A DNA stretch of 63,908 nt, filler included, from Reticulomyxa filosa (taxonomy: Eukaryota; Protista; Foraminifera), in NCBI GenBank assembly GCA_000512085.1. It is 26 parts of 26 records of this genome, joined end to end, with 100 filler letters (N's around TTAATTAATTAA, not from the genome) between each part and the next. Parts side by side here need not be neighbours in the genome. Positions count along the whole stretch, not along the records: positions 47,934 to 49,402 come from ASPP01018935.1; positions 49,503 to 55,188 come from ASPP01027786.1; positions 55,289 to 60,502 come from ASPP01020253.1; positions 60,603 to 62,717 come from ASPP01006991.1; positions 62,818 to 63,908 come from ASPP01045834.1; 21 more parts are not named here. One strand, written 5' to 3'. A program made the translations under genes and the position numbers. Below are positions 49,086-62,818 of this stretch, in pieces. The notes under the pieces are model-generated. The model saw only the letters and a list, made by a program, of their open reading frames with translations, did not search any database and was not told where the DNA came from. Positions within the stretch are counted from its first letter, which is position 1. Each line of letters starts with the position of its first letter.

Positions 49086-51719
49086 CTGAAAAAAATTAAA
49101 AATGTGCCTAATTAAGATATAATACTTGGCAATAACACTAGCTACACGTATTGTGCTCTAAACTCATTTTAAAATAGTAGTGCAACTATGCGCTAATCTT
49201 AAACCAAAATAAGTAATGTAGAAAGACAAACATGTGCATATACTAATAAGTATAAACGAATTTAAGAAACACAACAACTTGATTCTACACAATGACTAAT
49301 AAAATTTTTGTGTTACACGTGGAATGTGACCAGCGCTTTGATCGAGTAATAATTAGATCAAGCAAAAAAAACAAAAGATAATATCGTAACTTGTGAGAAA
49401 CANNNNNNNNNNNNNNNNNNNNNNNNNNNNNNNNNNNNNNNNNNNNTTAATTAATTAANNNNNNNNNNNNNNNNNNNNNNNNNNNNNNNNNNNNNNNNNN
49501 NNCTTTCTTAAAACGTGTTTTGCCGCTCCAGGTTCTCTACACTAGGTGTAATAAAAGCAATATCACAATTTGGATTTTCTTTGGTTCAAAAGGTGTTAGG
49601 CATGCCTGCAAGTTTAATGATGAAATTAGGTACAAAAATAACAGTTGACTCCAGAATATCAATTCACTCACAAAACTCAAAAACATAAATAAAAATTTTT
49701 AAAAACTTACATCAAATAAAATTTTAAACTAAAATTTAAATTTCACCAAAAAATTTCAAAAACTCAATTTTTAATTGGAATTTTTTTAAAACTACAAACA
49801 ATAAAATGCTAATTATTTTAAAAAAATATTTACATAACTTGAAGATTGCCAAAAAAGAAATAAAAAAATTTAAAGATTTAATCTTAGTAATACATGTTTG
49901 ATTTATATGCATTACTGCGAAAATTCAAATAAATGAAATGAAGATATTGTATCATGGTAAATACTTCACGTTCATGAAAGGGAAATGAAGTTATATTGTG
50001 AATTAAAAGGAGTATATTGCAGAAAAACTGCAATACCTAAGTAGCATGCTTATGAAGAGAATCTATTTTCTCAATGAAAAATAAACATTTAATCTTATCA
50101 ATTGCACTTTTCACTTGTGTACCGCCTTTTCTGCAAATGATCTACTTGCGCTTAATTCGGGAGTGTCCCGCTTTGTCCCCTTGGACGGACCCCCTCCACA
50201 TGAAATGTTATGCCATATGCAACAAGTACAGACAGTACAAGCCACACAAGGAAATTCAACACAAAATTGGTTATCAATAAACTTGCTGAATATAACCTGC
50301 CTTTTTCACGTTACTTTTCCTCCCCTTCGACAGTACAAACAACTATGACGAATTTTTTAAAAGGAATACAATTAGAATTCTAGCAGGAAAAATTCTAAAA
50401 ACTGTCGTAAGTCACAGTGCACTGTGTCCAGTTTCTTGACCTTGTACGTTTGTTGAACGTAAGGAAATCCGTTTTTTTAAAAGATCTTTAAAAAATAATA
50501 ATCATGGAATTTCAATTCAAGACCGTCCTTTTGTTATTCATAACGACTGGAAATCTCGACAAATTTAATACATCAGCCGTTTGGCAGTGTTTGTTGGATT
50601 GGATAGTTTCGGATATGTCACTACGTGTTTGTTTCTACTTGACGTTTGCATTGGCGTATGGAGAACTGCAAGATGCGGGCGTGGAAGAGCTTAAGTGTAT
50701 GCGGCTATGGAAAGACTTGAAGCCAAACCAAACACAGCAGGGCAAATGCAAAACTCGAAAAGTAAAGCAAAATTTTGGAAACAAATTTTCACAATGCTTG
50801 ATGTCCTTTCCGTTATACACATGACCTGCATTTATTTTGTACAAATTCCAAACAGAACATCAACGTCCCCAAATTGCTCAAAAAAAAAAAGTAATTAGAT
50901 AAATGCTTTAATGACAAGAATGATTAATTTTACAAAGTAGTGTCATGAAATTGATGACAAAGGTTGAAAGTGCAAATTATATGGAATTCAATTGTACGGA
51001 GATATAGATTTTGATTTGTTATATATTGTCGATCACTTTGATTACAAAATCAGACATATCATGCTTGTCCACTGATATTTGATGAATATTGCATTGACGT
51101 CGCAAAAGTGATACAAAATTTAAAATGCAAATGTGTAACGCAAAGCATTGAACTTGAAATATATGATTCGACAGTTATGTACTCTCAATTGCGATAATAG
51201 CGATTTTCTATACTAGCCATCGCTGTAATGTTTGATAACGCTTAGAGTATTTACTTTGAAATCACAATTCGAAATTGATTATTATCACAAGTCACAGTTG
51301 CTTAATTGAAACAATTGTACATATTTTCCGCATTGTCCTATTTTCTTGCGATTGGGTGATGAAATATATTCTTTTGATTACCAAGTCTTTAACAATCCTT
51401 ATTTGTCTTACATATTTTGGGATAGAAGTTTATACAGTAGAATAAAAAAGAAAGTTGACACTTAAAATACCACCTTAAGAAATTATTGATTTTATATATA
51501 AAAAAAACAACATCTAATCAAAATTTTTTAAAAAATATCTACAAACAGTACAAAAGCGTTAAATTGTAAGCGCTTATCTCTTGCCAAATCTCAAGCAAAC
51601 ATATATTGTTCATAGCCAACTTTAAATAACAGCAAATTCTTGGTCTCACTAGTTTATCATCTTTGCAAGAGCACGTGATGAATTTCGAAAACTGGAACTC
51701 AATAAAAAAGGGACAAGAG

Positions 51720-52531
51720 AATGTTTTTAAACACACAAAAGGCAGGCTTTGAATGCAAAGGTCTGTTTATAGTGGCAGTGACGACGAGTTTTATATGTAA
51801 CGTGTACTTATGGAACGAAAAGAGGCCGAGGATTGACAGTGAGTCAATGAACAAAGAGCCACAACGAACAGCGAGTGGTCAGAATGAGTTGATCCAAGAC
51901 GCAAGGACGCAGCCAGTCAAAGCAAATAGAATCGGCGACAATCGACAAAAAAATAAAATGGGTTGTGACACTGTATGTACTAAGTAATTATTTGATATGT
52001 GTTGGCAGTGCATGTGAATGTTTATTTTATGCAGTGATCCTCTTCCCCGCATACAATCTACGCTTGCGAGTGCATGGATGCCATTTTGCTGACCTCACAT
52101 CCACTGCTTTGATCATTTCGTTTAGCCTTTGGCATTTGTTTTGGAGTGCCACTTTATTGTATTTCTTGGCTTATCATATCTAACAAGTTTTGTTTAAACA
52201 AATTAAATAAATAAATATATACATATATATATATACATATATATATATGTATATATTTATTTATTTATTTTTTTCCAAACAGTTTGCAAAAAGTGAATAA
52301 TTTCCTGACAAACAATTGCAAGAGATATTGAAAAGGTACTTGGAAAAGTTGTTGCGGTTGTCAGCGGCAGCTGCATTTGCTACGCTTGCAATGTATATAT
52401 TTGCACTTGTGATTCCCTTGAAAGAGGCCGTGTGGATTGTTATTTACATTGAATCCTGTGTCATATGTTCAACTGTTCTTTTGTCCTTTCCCTTTGTCAA
52501 ATCGGTTTATCGTTTTCTTTGCTTTTGTTAA
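51720..52531 (+). pseudogene. 7TM-like membrane protein, 3' part, probably pseudogene
   Basis: TM helices ending IESCVICSTVLLSFPFVKSVYRFLCFC; in-frame stop at 52183; (TA)n intron at ~52190-52280. Confidence 0.55.
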
Positions 52532-54570
52532 ATGTGTTTTTTTTTTTTTAATGAAATTTTGTGTCTCCATTTCTGTTAATATTTTCTTCATCTTTTTTTT
52601 TTTGGTGTAATCATTTTCAGAATTGTTGTTATTTTATTTTGTCGTTGTAAGTTATTCTAAAATATACATCACCAGCAAAAGGGCAATCAAGTTTGTGTTA
52701 AAAATAAAGAGTGATGTCGTAAACGTGGTCAATCTCCTTGCATACAAATCCTTTTCACTTACATCCTTCCAAAAAAAAAAAAAAAAAGTTCTTCGAAGAT
52801 GTGTGCATAGAAATTTCCTTTTTGAAGATACGTAGGGAGGGGAGGGGGGGGAGTGAATTTGGAAAGACAGGCTTTCATTATCATGCAACACTATTAATTA
52901 TCAATTACGTTTGTATTATGTTATCTTTTTTTTTTTTTTTTTAAGTCAATCTCAGAAATAGAAATTACGTATACTTGCAAGCAGTGTCAATTCTTGGGAT
53001 CACTGCTTAAAAAAAGTAAAAGACGAAATGAAAGAAGTAATTGAACCTTTGGAAAAGCATTTGTTATTTTTTTTTACATTGCTTGAGATTAAACAAAAGA
53101 AGGATACATGTCACTCCTGTTTGTTGAAATAATTTCAATTCATGAAGCAATCTCTTCATAAATTTTGTTTGACAATTATATATGCATAAATATGTACATT
53201 TTTTTTTTTTTTAGATTGCGTATAATGACTTCATCGAATGTCGAAAAAGATGAAATTTAATATCGGCGAGATTTTGTTTTATCAAGATTGTGTAAATCGT
53301 CTACACGTAGATACAATATCTAAAAAAAAAAAACATCAAAGCAATAACAAATATTTACAACACAGTTTCGAAATTGACACACCTCCACACAACAAACGGT
53401 GAGAAAAAATCTTTGGAATTACTGTTCAATTTATGTTTCATCAAAATCTGTATTTTGGAAGGTTGCTATCGTTTGTGTAAATACTGTGCCATAAACATAG
53501 AATACTTCAAGAGTAGATATTATTTATAGATGTGTTTGTGCAAGTTTTTCGTGTAGTCGTATAAAGAAGAGCCATTACTTTCATGTGAGTTCAGTTGGAA
53601 TTAAAGTGTGAGTTTTTAGAGTGCGATAAAAAAAGGGGCCGAAGTTTTTTTTTTGGTAATAACACAAACGAGTAGATCAAACCAAATCAAAGGATGAGTT
53701 TGAATGCACAAAAATTGAGTTTTCATTCTGAAAGGGGCTTAATAATTGTGTCTGCAATCAATTCATTGGTAGAGGTTTACTGTTTTTGGTTGTTATACGT
53801 AGTTTGGCGAAAGGTGTGGAACATGGCAGGGGAGAGATAAGCGAAATGGTAACAGAGATCCAGCAGTCGACAGGGATAGGAAAGCGCACAGGAGAAATGA
53901 GTGTGAATATACCCGCACCAAAAAAGAGTGTGCAAAGATTGACATCAGGGCCAAATAGATTGTGACGCTGTACATACCCTTCGGTTGTTTTCTCACATGC
54001 ATTGGGAACGTATGTGAGCCACTGATGTATGCGTTGGTGAGCTCTCCAGAACAGGCATGTTACACGACTATTGTACGTAGTGTACTTGCAGGTGTTCCAT
54101 GGAGGGACTATTTTATTCGTTTTATGTGCAAGGAAACGTTTTTGAAATATCCAAGTGCAAGCAGTACTTTTTCGGGCTTGCTTCGGTTATCACTTTTTTT
54201 TTTTTTTTTTTACATTGTGCTATTTGCTCACGATTTAAGCTTGCAACTCTCTGGACGCGACAGCACTAGCTCGAGTGAGCTCTTTGGTTTCCTGTGTCAC
54301 CAATCTTTGTACAAGTTTTTTGGAAAATCACTTTATTTATTTATTTATTTTTATCATATCTATAAAGTTATATGTAATATATTTACATAAATAATTTTTT
54401 TTAGTATACGTATAAATGAAAAAAAAAAAAAAAAGGTTGCAAACATGAAAATTGATGGAAAATAATCAATTCCAAAAAAAAAATTGAAAAACTACTTGCG
54501 AAGGTTACATAATAGCAAGGACATTCCTTGACAATTTTTTTAAAATTTTTTTTTATTGTTTATTAGATTA

Positions 54571-55000
54571 TCAAAAGCCATGATCGGTTCGAACTGTGTT
54601 GTTACATGATCCAGAGCATATCACATTACCGCCAACAGTACTTGTTTCATTTCGTGAATATTTTACACTAGTCCACAAGATTTTCATGTCCATTGAAAAT
54701 ATGTGATGATTTAGATGTTTCAATATCACATAAATGAATGGTATTGTCATATGATCCAGACACAAAGAAACAAATTAAATATAGACATGGAAGAATATTT
54801 GAAAAATATAGCATTGTCATTTTCTTTTTGTTTATCTTTGTTTTCTTCCAGGAATTTGATAGCTGTTTGTTTTTCTTTTCATTGAAATCTCTGTTCATGA
54901 TTTCAATATCAGCACGTAATTTGAGTAGCTCTTGTTGTGATTCTCTTTGCAATTTTTTCATTCCATTGTCCTTCTCCAATAATTCTTTTTGTTTCATTTA
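54571..55000 (-). pseudogene. Coiled-coil plus WD40-repeat protein pseudogene
   Basis: KQKELLEKDNGMKKLQRESQQELLKLRADIE..., VSGSYDNTIHLCDIETSKSSHIFNGHEN, frameshift, then SVKYS...GGNVICSGSCNNTVR. Confidence 0.8.
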
Positions 55001-56640
55001 TTTTTTATTTTTTTTTTTTTGGTCAATGAAGCATCGACATTTTATTTTTCTTCGTTTTTCTTTTCATTGCTTTCTAATTGCAATTTTATCCTATTTCATT
55101 TTATTTTTTATTTGAAATTATGTTTATATATATACATATATGTATATATATATTTTTATAACATATATCTCAAAAAAAAAAAAAAAACNNNNNNNNNNNN
55201 NNNNNNNNNNNNNNNNNNNNNNNNNNNNNNNNTTAATTAATTAANNNNNNNNNNNNNNNNNNNNNNNNNNNNNNNNNNNNNNNNNNNNAATTTCTTTTCT
55301 TTTGTCTTTTTGTATTTGATTCTGTTTTCGCAGCAATCTTGTTGACGACGAAAATCGTTGTTAATAATCGAAGATTAACTTCGATCTTCTATCAGATACT
55401 GCTAGATGTTGCAGTATCTAGCTGTTCTGTGCTTGCCTTCCTTCAAAATATAACTTTTTTTCCAAAAGTTTATCTCGATGATGAATGATTATTTTTTTTT
55501 TTTTTTTTCGTTTTGTTGCATACTTGAACTTTCTAATACAACTTGAAATGCCAACTATTGATGTCATCCATTAGCCCACTATCTGGCTTCTTTTGTTTTA
55601 TGACCATTCATTTTGTGTTGACGTCCATATCATTGCTCGACGTCATTTTGGATTGACGTTGTTGGTTTTTGTGATCATACATGTCAATACCATATCCAAT
55701 TTTATTTCCAACTCCATATCCATTTCCAATGCCACCATGCATAGTGTTATTTGATTGTTCACTAGTGGTAATGTTCTGAAGTGTAGTTAACATGTCTGCC
55801 TTACCATCAGATTGGATTTTTGAACAAATTCCAGTGTGGTATTCTGTCCTAACATTGTTTGCAGTATAGCCGATTAGAATAAAAACACCTTGCATCGGCC
55901 ATCCGGATCGCCTTCACAAGCCCTGTTATCAGCTAGTGAGTTTCGGTTTTTCCCGATATTCAGTAGAAGTTACCAGACCATCGGATGCCAAGCACAAAAA
56001 CTTAGTGTTCGACGCCTTTGAGAAATTGTCAATCTCGAGTCAAATATTCTTAAGGCAAGAAATGTTCGACCTTCTCCCGCAAGCCATCCGTTTCAGTAAT
56101 TTGCACCTTATTACTCTTAAAGCAACTGGTGTGTATGTTATACCAAAAAATAAAGTCTTAAAATTACAGGTTTAACAGTTGATATAATAAACACATATGT
56201 TCACAGGGGTTCATTTCGGAAGTTCTGTTTTTGTGACGTTTTAACTCGGAAGCAAATTTATTATAAATTCACTCGGAATACGAGATATTAAAAATTCGAA
56301 AAGTCATTAAATAAAAATAACATCTTATGAAGTGATAGACTTCTATGCGAAAAATCAATTTTAAACATTTTTTGTTTAAAAAAATATACAAATATTCAAG
56401 TACAATGGACAGCTAAAAAAAGATGTTCTCCTTTGGCAGAAAATCTCAGAGGAAAAATCCTTGCATTATTTTTTCTTTTGTGATAAAGTGTAACGGTGGT
56501 AATTAAGCAACTAAAATTTGAAGATGTCTCACAGGTTTGTTTGTTATTTGAAACTGATGAAAAAAAATTAGTGGAACGGACAATAACAAATAAAATATTC
56601 TTGGTCACTTCAAAAAAAAACGGAATTGGACAGGAAAAAA

Positions 56641-57524
56641 ATGATGCTCAAAGTGGTGATATTAGGAGATTCAGGGTACGTATCAAAAAAAAAACTTTAT
56701 GTAACTGTGTGAAATTGGTCAAGTTGAAAAAAAGGGTTCAAAAGACCCCAAAAAAAAAGAATAAAAACGCAAATTTTTTTTGTACATTGATGCAGCGTCG
56801 GAAAGACATCACTGATGAACCAATACGTGAACGATAAATTTTCAAAGTCATACAAAGCCACGATTGGTGCAGATTTCTTGACGAAAGAAATTTTGATCGA
56901 CGATAAACTGGTGACCATGCAGATATGGGACACTGCAGGACAAGAAAGATTTCAAAGTTTGGGTATGGCGTTTTATCGTGAAGCAGGTTAACCAAAAAAA
57001 AATTTTTTGAAAATGGGGGAAAAAAGGGGGAAAATTAAAAAAAAATTTTATTGTAGTTTTGGAATTGTTCCAAATTTTCAATTTTTTTTTGTAACAAATT
57101 AAAAAGTTGTGTGAACTTTGTGAAAAAAAAACTTGTTTGTAAACCAAGATTGCTGCATGCTAGTGTATGATATAACGGACGCAAAGTCATTTGAATCGTT
57201 GGATTCATGGAGGGATGAGTTTTTGAATCAAGTGGGCGCAGATGGCAAAGACTTCCCATTTGTTGTTTTAGGCAACAAATCCGATTTGGCCAAAACCCAA
57301 CGCAAAGTCACGGACTCGAAGGCTGTGGAATGGTGTAAAAATAGAAACGACATCCTTTTTATGAAACCTCGGCCAAAGACAAGATCAATGTCGAGCAAGC
57401 CTTCATCACTGTCGCCAAGAGTGCTCTCAAAAAAGAACCTGTCAGACCACCTCCTTATGCCCCTAAAGATGCTTTGGATTTGAAGAAAAAACAAGAGGTT
57501 AAAAAAAGCAACGACTGTTGTTAA
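56641..57524 (+). CDS. RAB7: Rab7 GTPase; exons 56641-56675, 56796-56986, 57149-57524; 1-nt frameshift at ~57355
   Basis: [10 protein letters not shown]|[31 protein letters not shown]...[20 protein letters not shown]|DCCMLVYD...[11 protein letters not shown]...FYETSAK...NDCC*. Confidence 0.95.
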
Positions 57525-58130
57525 TCAAAAAGATTTTTTTTTGAACTTTGAAGTAAAAGTGGAGGAGAAAATAAACTTGTTTTTTTTGCTTTTGTTTTGT
57601 CATCAAATTGTTGCATTTTTTATTTTTTTCCCACATTTTCTAATTTTTCATTAAGTAATTATTCATCTTTTCAAATAAATATTTCACCATTTTGATGAAA
57701 CTTGAGTTTTCTTTCATAGGGAAAGGGGTGTAGTGGAGATAAACTTTTTTTAGTTTACGTTTCATTTGGATTGACCTATGGCTACATGTGAACTTTTCCC
57801 CTTTTTTTTACGATAAATAATTTCTTTGCAATAGCGTACGAATTTGTTGTATGTTTATATCAGTCCACCTACCCACTCCTAAATTTATCACAGAAGCAAA
57901 TTGGAACAATTACAAGACTATTATTGTGCGCATACTTGACAAAAAAGAGGATTGTGCTAATGTCTTTTTTTAAATAGTAGATGTACGTACTAGGAGATAG
58001 ATCGAGTTTTTTTTTTGAAAGTAAAAAAAACTTGTTTTTTGTTTGGAACGGGGCGCGGCATAATAAATATAGATTTTTCCCTCTCCCAGTTAAAAAAAAA
58101 AACTCAAAGATTTTTGAAAAGCAAGAAGAA

Positions 58131-59054
58131 ATGGACGATGATTTTCAATTCGTGGACTTGGATTCGAACGACTCAGTGAAGGAGCTGGAGCAACTGAGAA
58201 AGGAAGTGCAGAAGCTGAAAGGACAGTGTTTGTCGGAGCAGCGAAGCGACGTGATGAAGAAGCTGCAAAAGGAGTGGGAGGAGTGTCGACAGTCGATGAG
58301 TTCGATGGTGAGTGAGTTGAAGCAAATGGAAGAGGACAAGAAGAAGCTGCAGCAAGGTATGCGAGCATTGGAAGCGAAGCACGTGGAAACACAATCGCAG
58401 TTGGTAAGTTTGAGAGAAGAAGTGAAGACATTGAAAAACGCGGAAAAAAAATGGACCAGTTATACAACCGCCGTATCACCATCATCGTCATCATCATCAA
58501 CAGCAGCAACAGCAACAGCAACAACAGCAGCAACAACAGCAGTATCAATAACAACAACAGCAGCAACCGCAATAACAGCAGCAATAACAACATCATTATC
58601 AACCGCAGCAGCAGCATTGACAAAAATGAAAGACGATGGAATTGACGACAGCGACGGTGGCGAAGATAATAAGACGAAAGGGACAACGAAAAGTAAGTCG
58701 AATTGGAAAGAGTTGGACAGCAGTCAATGCTATGCCTGCAAAGAGTGCGGGACGCATATCGGCCTCGATAGCGATGTGCTCAATCGCAGTTACCAAGTGG
58801 GCCAAGGCGCGTTCTCCGAAAAGACCAGAGGATACCTCTTTAGCAATGCTGTCAACTTGATCTTTGGCCCCACCAAGACGGAGAACTTCACTTCGGGCTC
58901 GTATGACATCTCCAATGTCACGTGCGCCAAGTGCGGGCTCTCCATGGGCTGGAAGTATCTCACCGCTTCCAATGACAATAACAACACCAAGGTCGGCAAG
59001 TTTTGTTTGGCTCGCTATAACTTGACTTCGCCGCAGGAACGCAATGCTAAGTAA
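58131..59054 (+). CDS. Yippee/Mis18-family zinc-binding protein with N-terminal coiled coil and A/T-rich linker
   Basis: YACKECGTHIG...RGYLFSNAVNLIFGP...SGSYDISNVTCAKCGLSMGWKYLTAS...KVGKF. Confidence 0.9.
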   Translation: MDDDFQFVDLDSNDSVKELEQLRKEVQKLKGQCLSEQRSDVMKKLQKEWEECRQSMSSMVSELKQMEEDKKKLQQGMRALEAKHVETQSQLVSLREEVKTLKNAEKKWTSYTTAVSPSSSSSSTAATATATTAATTAVSITTTAATAITAAITTSLSTAAAALTKMKDDGIDDSDGGEDNKTKGTTKSKSNWKELDSSQCYACKECGTHIGLDSDVLNRSYQVGQGAFSEKTRGYLFSNAVNLIFGPTKTENFTSGSYDISNVTCAKCGLSMGWKYLTASNDNNNTKVGKFCLARYNLTSPQERNAK

Positions 59055-59494
59055 ATTTTTTTTTTTTAATTATATTTACATAAAAAATTTGTTTTTTTGG
59101 AAGGATATAAAACGTTGCCCCCCTTCTTTATTGTTTCAAGTTGTATGTGTGTGTTTTTTTTTCTCATTACTTCACTTGTTTGCAACTTTTCTAAACGCTT
59201 TAATGCCATGTGACATTAGTCTTGCATACTGTACTGTTTCCACTGCATCAGCTTTTTTTTAGGAAAACATTTTTTTGCGAGCATGGTAAAAACAATTTTT
59301 TTTGATAAAATAACGTGCAAAAAATTATACATTTGGAACAACCACTTCACTGTTTTTTTTTAAGGAGGACAAGAAGAGCATTCATGAGTCAAACCACAAA
59401 AAACTTTCTTCCCACTCGGAAAAGTGCAGGAAAAAAACCCTTTTCCCAAACAAGGAATTTCTGCAGTGTAATAAAAAAAGATTACCCAATAAAA

Positions 59495-60200
59495 ATGTCT
59501 TTGAAAAGAGCCACTCAAAAAGAGGACAATATAGTTGACGTGAGTGTTTATTTTTGTTAAAGGAAAGAAAAAAGAATTGAAAAGGAACAGAAAGAACAGT
59601 AAATAGATTTTTTTAAATAAATAAAAAAAAAGCAAGATATGAAAGAAGCCAATCGAATTTTGATAAGTGTGGCGCGATTCAGAGACGCTGGGCCTTTCCA
59701 AAAAATAGATGCTTTGGGCGACCTACGTGAAGACTATGAGAAATGCAATCCCAACCCAATATTTATTGGTCTGCCTAAATGTTTGTGTTTAAACCTTTGC
59801 AAAAAAAAAAAGAATCAATTTTTTTTTGTTATCAAAAAAAAAATTGAAAATCAATCTTTTCAAAAAAACAGAGAACATTTCGAAAAAGCTAGAAAACAAA
59901 GAATACGCCAACATTTTGGAAATGGACGAAGATTTCCGGAAAATATGGGCACAAGAGGACAAACTATTCGGATGGAAAGATCGATTGAAGTTGAAGGACC
60001 GGCTGACAAAGCGCCATCGCCAGGCGGCCGCCATTCGCAACTACTACGAGATCTTGATATCTCCGATGATGAAGCTGGATTCCGATCCCAAACAGCCCAT
60101 CAAACAACCCACCAAAAAAGACAGTCTCAAAGAAGCAAACACAAAAACCAATGATCTTAGTTCCTTCATCCCTGAGACTCTTTCCACTCAATCCAAAGTT
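59495..60200 (+). CDS. Divergent bromodomain protein; introns 59540-59632 and 59769-59871; 3'-partial
   Basis: EANRILISVARFRDAGPFQKIDALGDLREDYEKCNPNPIFI|ENISKKLENKEYANILEMDEDFRKIWAQ follows the bromodomain pattern A.PF...DY...P..L..I.KKL....Y......D.R.I. Confidence 0.7.
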
Positions 60201-60747
60201 GTGCACTTTGATCCATTTTTTTTTTTTTTTTATATAACACACAGACATATACATATTACTTTTTTTTTTTTTTTTTTTATGTACATAACTGCGCGCAAAT
60301 GCAAATGTAAAACATTTATTTCATTTAACGAGTTCATGCATACATATATGTAAATCTCCGTAATGACGTGTGTATGTGTGTATGTTGTTCGGACTTTGAT
60401 GACTTGGGGAAAATAGGAGGAAACAAATGCTCCGAAAGAAAGTTAAAAGAAAACAAATCCTTTTTTTTTTTTTTTTTCAACCAAACAAAAAAAAAAAAAA
60501 AANNNNNNNNNNNNNNNNNNNNNNNNNNNNNNNNNNNNNNNNNNNNTTAATTAATTAANNNNNNNNNNNNNNNNNNNNNNNNNNNNNNNNNNNNNNNNNN
60601 NNAATTTTTTTAATCTTCTTGCCGTGGTTATAGAACTATTTCGAAAATATCTTTTAAGTGCGGAAATTAGTTTCCTAATTTTAGACGTGGTCCTTAGCCA
60701 AGGACCCTTTTGCTTCTCAGATTTTAATAGAGCTTTAATTAGTGAAA

Positions 60748-62015
60748 ATGGCACATGTTATACAACCTGAAAATACAGCAATTGCTCTTATGGATAACGC
60801 TCAAAGTTTGTTCATATTATATCGTCAGCACTTGACCTTTTTTAAAACAAAACACAAAACAAAAAAGCTGCTCCATCAAGTCGAGATGGTAAAAAACGCG
60901 AAGAGAAAAAGTTGGACGAAACAAATTCAGAGATACAAAAAGTATTGACCGATCCTCCATTGAGCCTAGCACCAGAAGCAAACTACAAGGACAAAGGTGA
61001 AAAATCATCAAGTCGATTGACCAGTGTTCGAATGGCATCTTCACTGTCATTAGGTGCGAACATATTATTATTACTTGCGAAGGCCATTGTATTCGCATTA
61101 AGTCTTTCTTTGTCCGTATTGGCGTCTTTGATCGACAGTGCTTTAGACTTATTTACCCAAATGGTATTATTTTGGACAGAAAGGCAAGTAGCACGGACTT
61201 CTCCGAAATACCCTGTTGTTAAGTTTTTTTTAAGAAAAAGAATTTTCTTTTTTTCCCCCTTTTTTTTTATTAAAAGAAGGGGGTGAATGCTACAAAAAAA
61301 GAACCTTTTTATTTGAATAAACGACCTTCAGGGAAGAACACGATTGGAACCAATATCAATAATGGGAGTTAGCATGTTGATGATAATGTCGTCAGTGATA
61401 GTGATCCGAGAATCAATTTCGGCCCTGCTATCTGCACACTATGATATTGTGTTTGATAACTACATGGTAATAACGTTGGCGGCGTGCATAGGAATAAAAT
61501 TCTTATTATGGCTATATTGTCGACAATTCAAATACTCTCCCATTGCCCAAGCATTGGCGGAGGATCATATGAACGACGTTTGCAGCAACGCCGCAGCGGT
61601 GATTGCTGTGTCAGTCGCGTCTAATGTGAAATCGACAGGATGGCTTGACCCCGTTGGTGGTATTTGCATTTCGTTTTATATCATTGCTCGCTGGTACCAA
61701 ATTGGCCGCAAAGAGATGAAAAAGCTGATTGGAAGAGGGGCTGATGAAGCAAATATTCAAGAAATCCGTATGCTCTGTGAGTCGCATTCTGAAGATATGA
61801 ATGTCGATGTTATGCGTGCCTATCATATTGGCCGCAACTTACTGGTCGAACTGGAAGTGGTCATGGATAAACACAAAACACTAGAATATGTCCATGATGT
61901 TACCTTGGAACTACAGAAGAAAGTCGAGCAATTTCCTTATGTAGAGCGCGCTTTTGTGCATGTCGACTACATGAAGAGAGATTATGATGAACATAAAGTA
62001 CCGACATTAGCCTAA
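60748..62015 (+). CDS. Cation diffusion facilitator, Mn-CDF/MTP8-11 type; introns 60806-60867 and 61218-61331
   Basis: SLSVLASLIDSALD, KYPV|GRTRLEP, ALAEDHMNDV, WLDPVGGI, RAYHIG, LQKKVEQFPYVERAFVHVDY. DxxxD motifs in TM2 and TM5. Confidence 0.95.
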
Positions 62016-62818
62016 AAGCTTCTCTCTTTTTTGTTTCCTTTTTTTTTGTTATAATCGTTTCATCTTTTTTTACTTCCTAATTTGATTTCTTCCTGGTAAG
62101 AAAACAAAGAAACGTTTTTATTTGATTTTTTAATAATTGTCCTCTTTGCGTCCAGTTTTTGGCATCGTTTTGCCTGTTTGTGTTCTGAGATTCACCTTTT
62201 ATTCCTTACTCTTGGGTCATTTTACTCGATGCAAGGAATTTGTACTTGATGTAGCTGGAATAAATTATCTCACTAGAACAATATCCATAATATTGAAACT
62301 CTGATCTTCATTATTACATTCAATGAAAAACTTGTTAGTTTTTGCTTCTTGTGTCGCTTGACTTTTTATTAATCCTTTGGCATGTTTCATGCTATTTGTA
62401 AATAGATTTAATTGGCATATCTTTTAAAGAAGCTTTATCAGAGGTGAGATGTAATCCCACTAACAAGCAAAAAAGAAAATGTGAGTACATAATATAGAAA
62501 TTAGCTATATTATTTGTTTGGATCCGACAAAATAATAAATCCTTTAAAATCAACTATCTATCAAAAATCTGAGATTGTGAGTGATGTAAATTAAATCAAG
62601 TGATGAACAATCGAGATCAACACAACGAAAAATGTGACAAGCCAAAGTTTACTAGCAAAATCCAAACAAATGGCATATATTTTCGAGAATTTTAAATTTT
62701 ATAATGCTTTTTTTTATNNNNNNNNNNNNNNNNNNNNNNNNNNNNNNNNNNNNNNNNNNNNTTAATTAATTAANNNNNNNNNNNNNNNNNNNNNNNNNNN
62801 NNNNNNNNNNNNNNNNNA

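Noticed and set aside
58090-58686. Poly-Leu minus-strand ORF (also 17996-18658, 6760-7191, 41752-42009)
   Set aside because: Antisense shadows of low-complexity or coiled-coil coding sequence on the other strand.
56641-60200. Rab7-Yippee-bromodomain same-strand cluster as a functional operon
   Set aside because: Ordinary compact eukaryotic gene spacing, with no evidence of shared function or co-transcription.
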